A stretch of 64,000 bases of DNA from a virus (lineage: Duplodnaviria; Heunggongvirae; Uroviricota; Caudoviricetes). The stretch spans positions 42,086-106,085 of IMG/VR virus record IMGVR_UViG_3300037421_000080. One strand, 5' to 3'. A program made the translations under genes and the position numbers. A model generated the notes under the pieces. That model saw only the letters and a program-made list of their open reading frames with translations, was not told the origin of the DNA and did no database searches. Below are positions 63,827 through 64,000 of the stretch, piece by piece. Every line of letters begins with the position of its first letter. Position 1 is the first letter of the stretch.

Positions 63827-64000
63827 GATTATACCCTACTTGGTAGGGGTTGGATCAAGCTTATTTTCGCCTGCCGGTTCCAGCGACTTCCGGTACAGAT
63901 CGTCCAGCTGGCTCAGCAGCCAGAACACACTGGAGTTGCTCGCCTCGAACGACAACACCAGATCGCCGCAAGGGATGCTCAGCCTCCCGCTCCACAGCAC
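63827..64000 (-). CDS. 3' end of a minus-strand gene (partial; start outside window)
   Basis: Open frame from the window edge to TAG at 63827-63829. Translation ...FWLLSQLDDLYRKSLEPAGENKLDPTPTK. Confidence 0.35.

Larger units (their letters stand above)
1..64000. mobile_element. bacteriophage/prophage genome segment (structural module + strand, replication module - strand)
   Basis: Contiguous tail, fiber, replication and recombination genes with tight or overlapping junctions. No host housekeeping genes. Strand switch at 22510/22514. Confidence 0.8.

Noticed and set aside
1-64000. CRISPR arrays, integrase/recombinase, terminase, portal or capsid genes
   Set aside because: None recognised in this window. 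The repeats present are protein-coding or the 78-bp array, not CRISPR. Packaging and head genes presumably lie outside the window.

Overview
This 64 kb window is a dense, high-GC (~60%) bacteriophage or prophage genome segment with no recognisable host chromosomal backbone. Two gene blocks converge at 22510/22514. Plus strand, 1-22510, is a tail/structural module. It holds a strongly expressed putative tail-tube gene, an HNH homing endonuclease in a low-GC island, and a tail-assembly chaperone carrying a textbook -1 frameshift site (A_AAA_AAA). The frameshifted product ends 5 nt before a short tape-measure gene. Downstream are several tail, baseplate and fiber genes, including a 1659-aa Ig-like-repeat fiber, a 1014-aa glycine-repeat fiber, and an embedded glycan-modifying cassette (GH130/DUF377-like, GT25 glycosyltransferase, TylF-like SAM methyltransferase). 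The module ends with a KTSC-domain gene. Minus strand, 22514-64000, is a replication, recombination and nucleotide-metabolism module. It holds a DnaB-like helicase, a DnaN-like clamp, a clamp loader, a family-A DNA polymerase split into an exo gene (UDG-like plus 3'-5' exo) and a pol gene 1.7 kb apart, and an SbcD/Mre11 gene flanked by separately encoded N- and C-halves of an SbcC/Rad50 ATPase split at the zinc hook. Also present are a RecA-like protein, a gp32-like SSB candidate, MazG, a frameshifted DPPY DNA methyltransferase, a PD-(D/E)XK nuclease, CsrA, a Clp-N-domain protein, a DUF2829 (Tad2-like) protein and a DUF2493/SLOG protein. A Planctomycetes-type DUF1559 prepilin-like protein suggests the host phylum. 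A Ro60/TROVE-vWA (Rsr) ortholog sits beside an 870-bp noncoding island containing four ~78-bp tandem repeat units and two tRNA-like elements, which are Y-RNA-like candidates. A bona fide tRNA-Thr(UGU) is present at 36251..36321. The most unusual region is a seven-gene enzyme cassette at 50934-56661. It encodes a P-loop kinase, an HxD...H oxygenase-like protein, a ParB-like protein, an unknown protein, a glycine-oxidase-like FAD enzyme, a radical SAM enzyme and an amidoligase-like protein. I propose it as a candidate DNA or nucleotide hypermodification pathway of uncharacterised chemistry. All family assignments are from motif recognition by eye; no searches were run.
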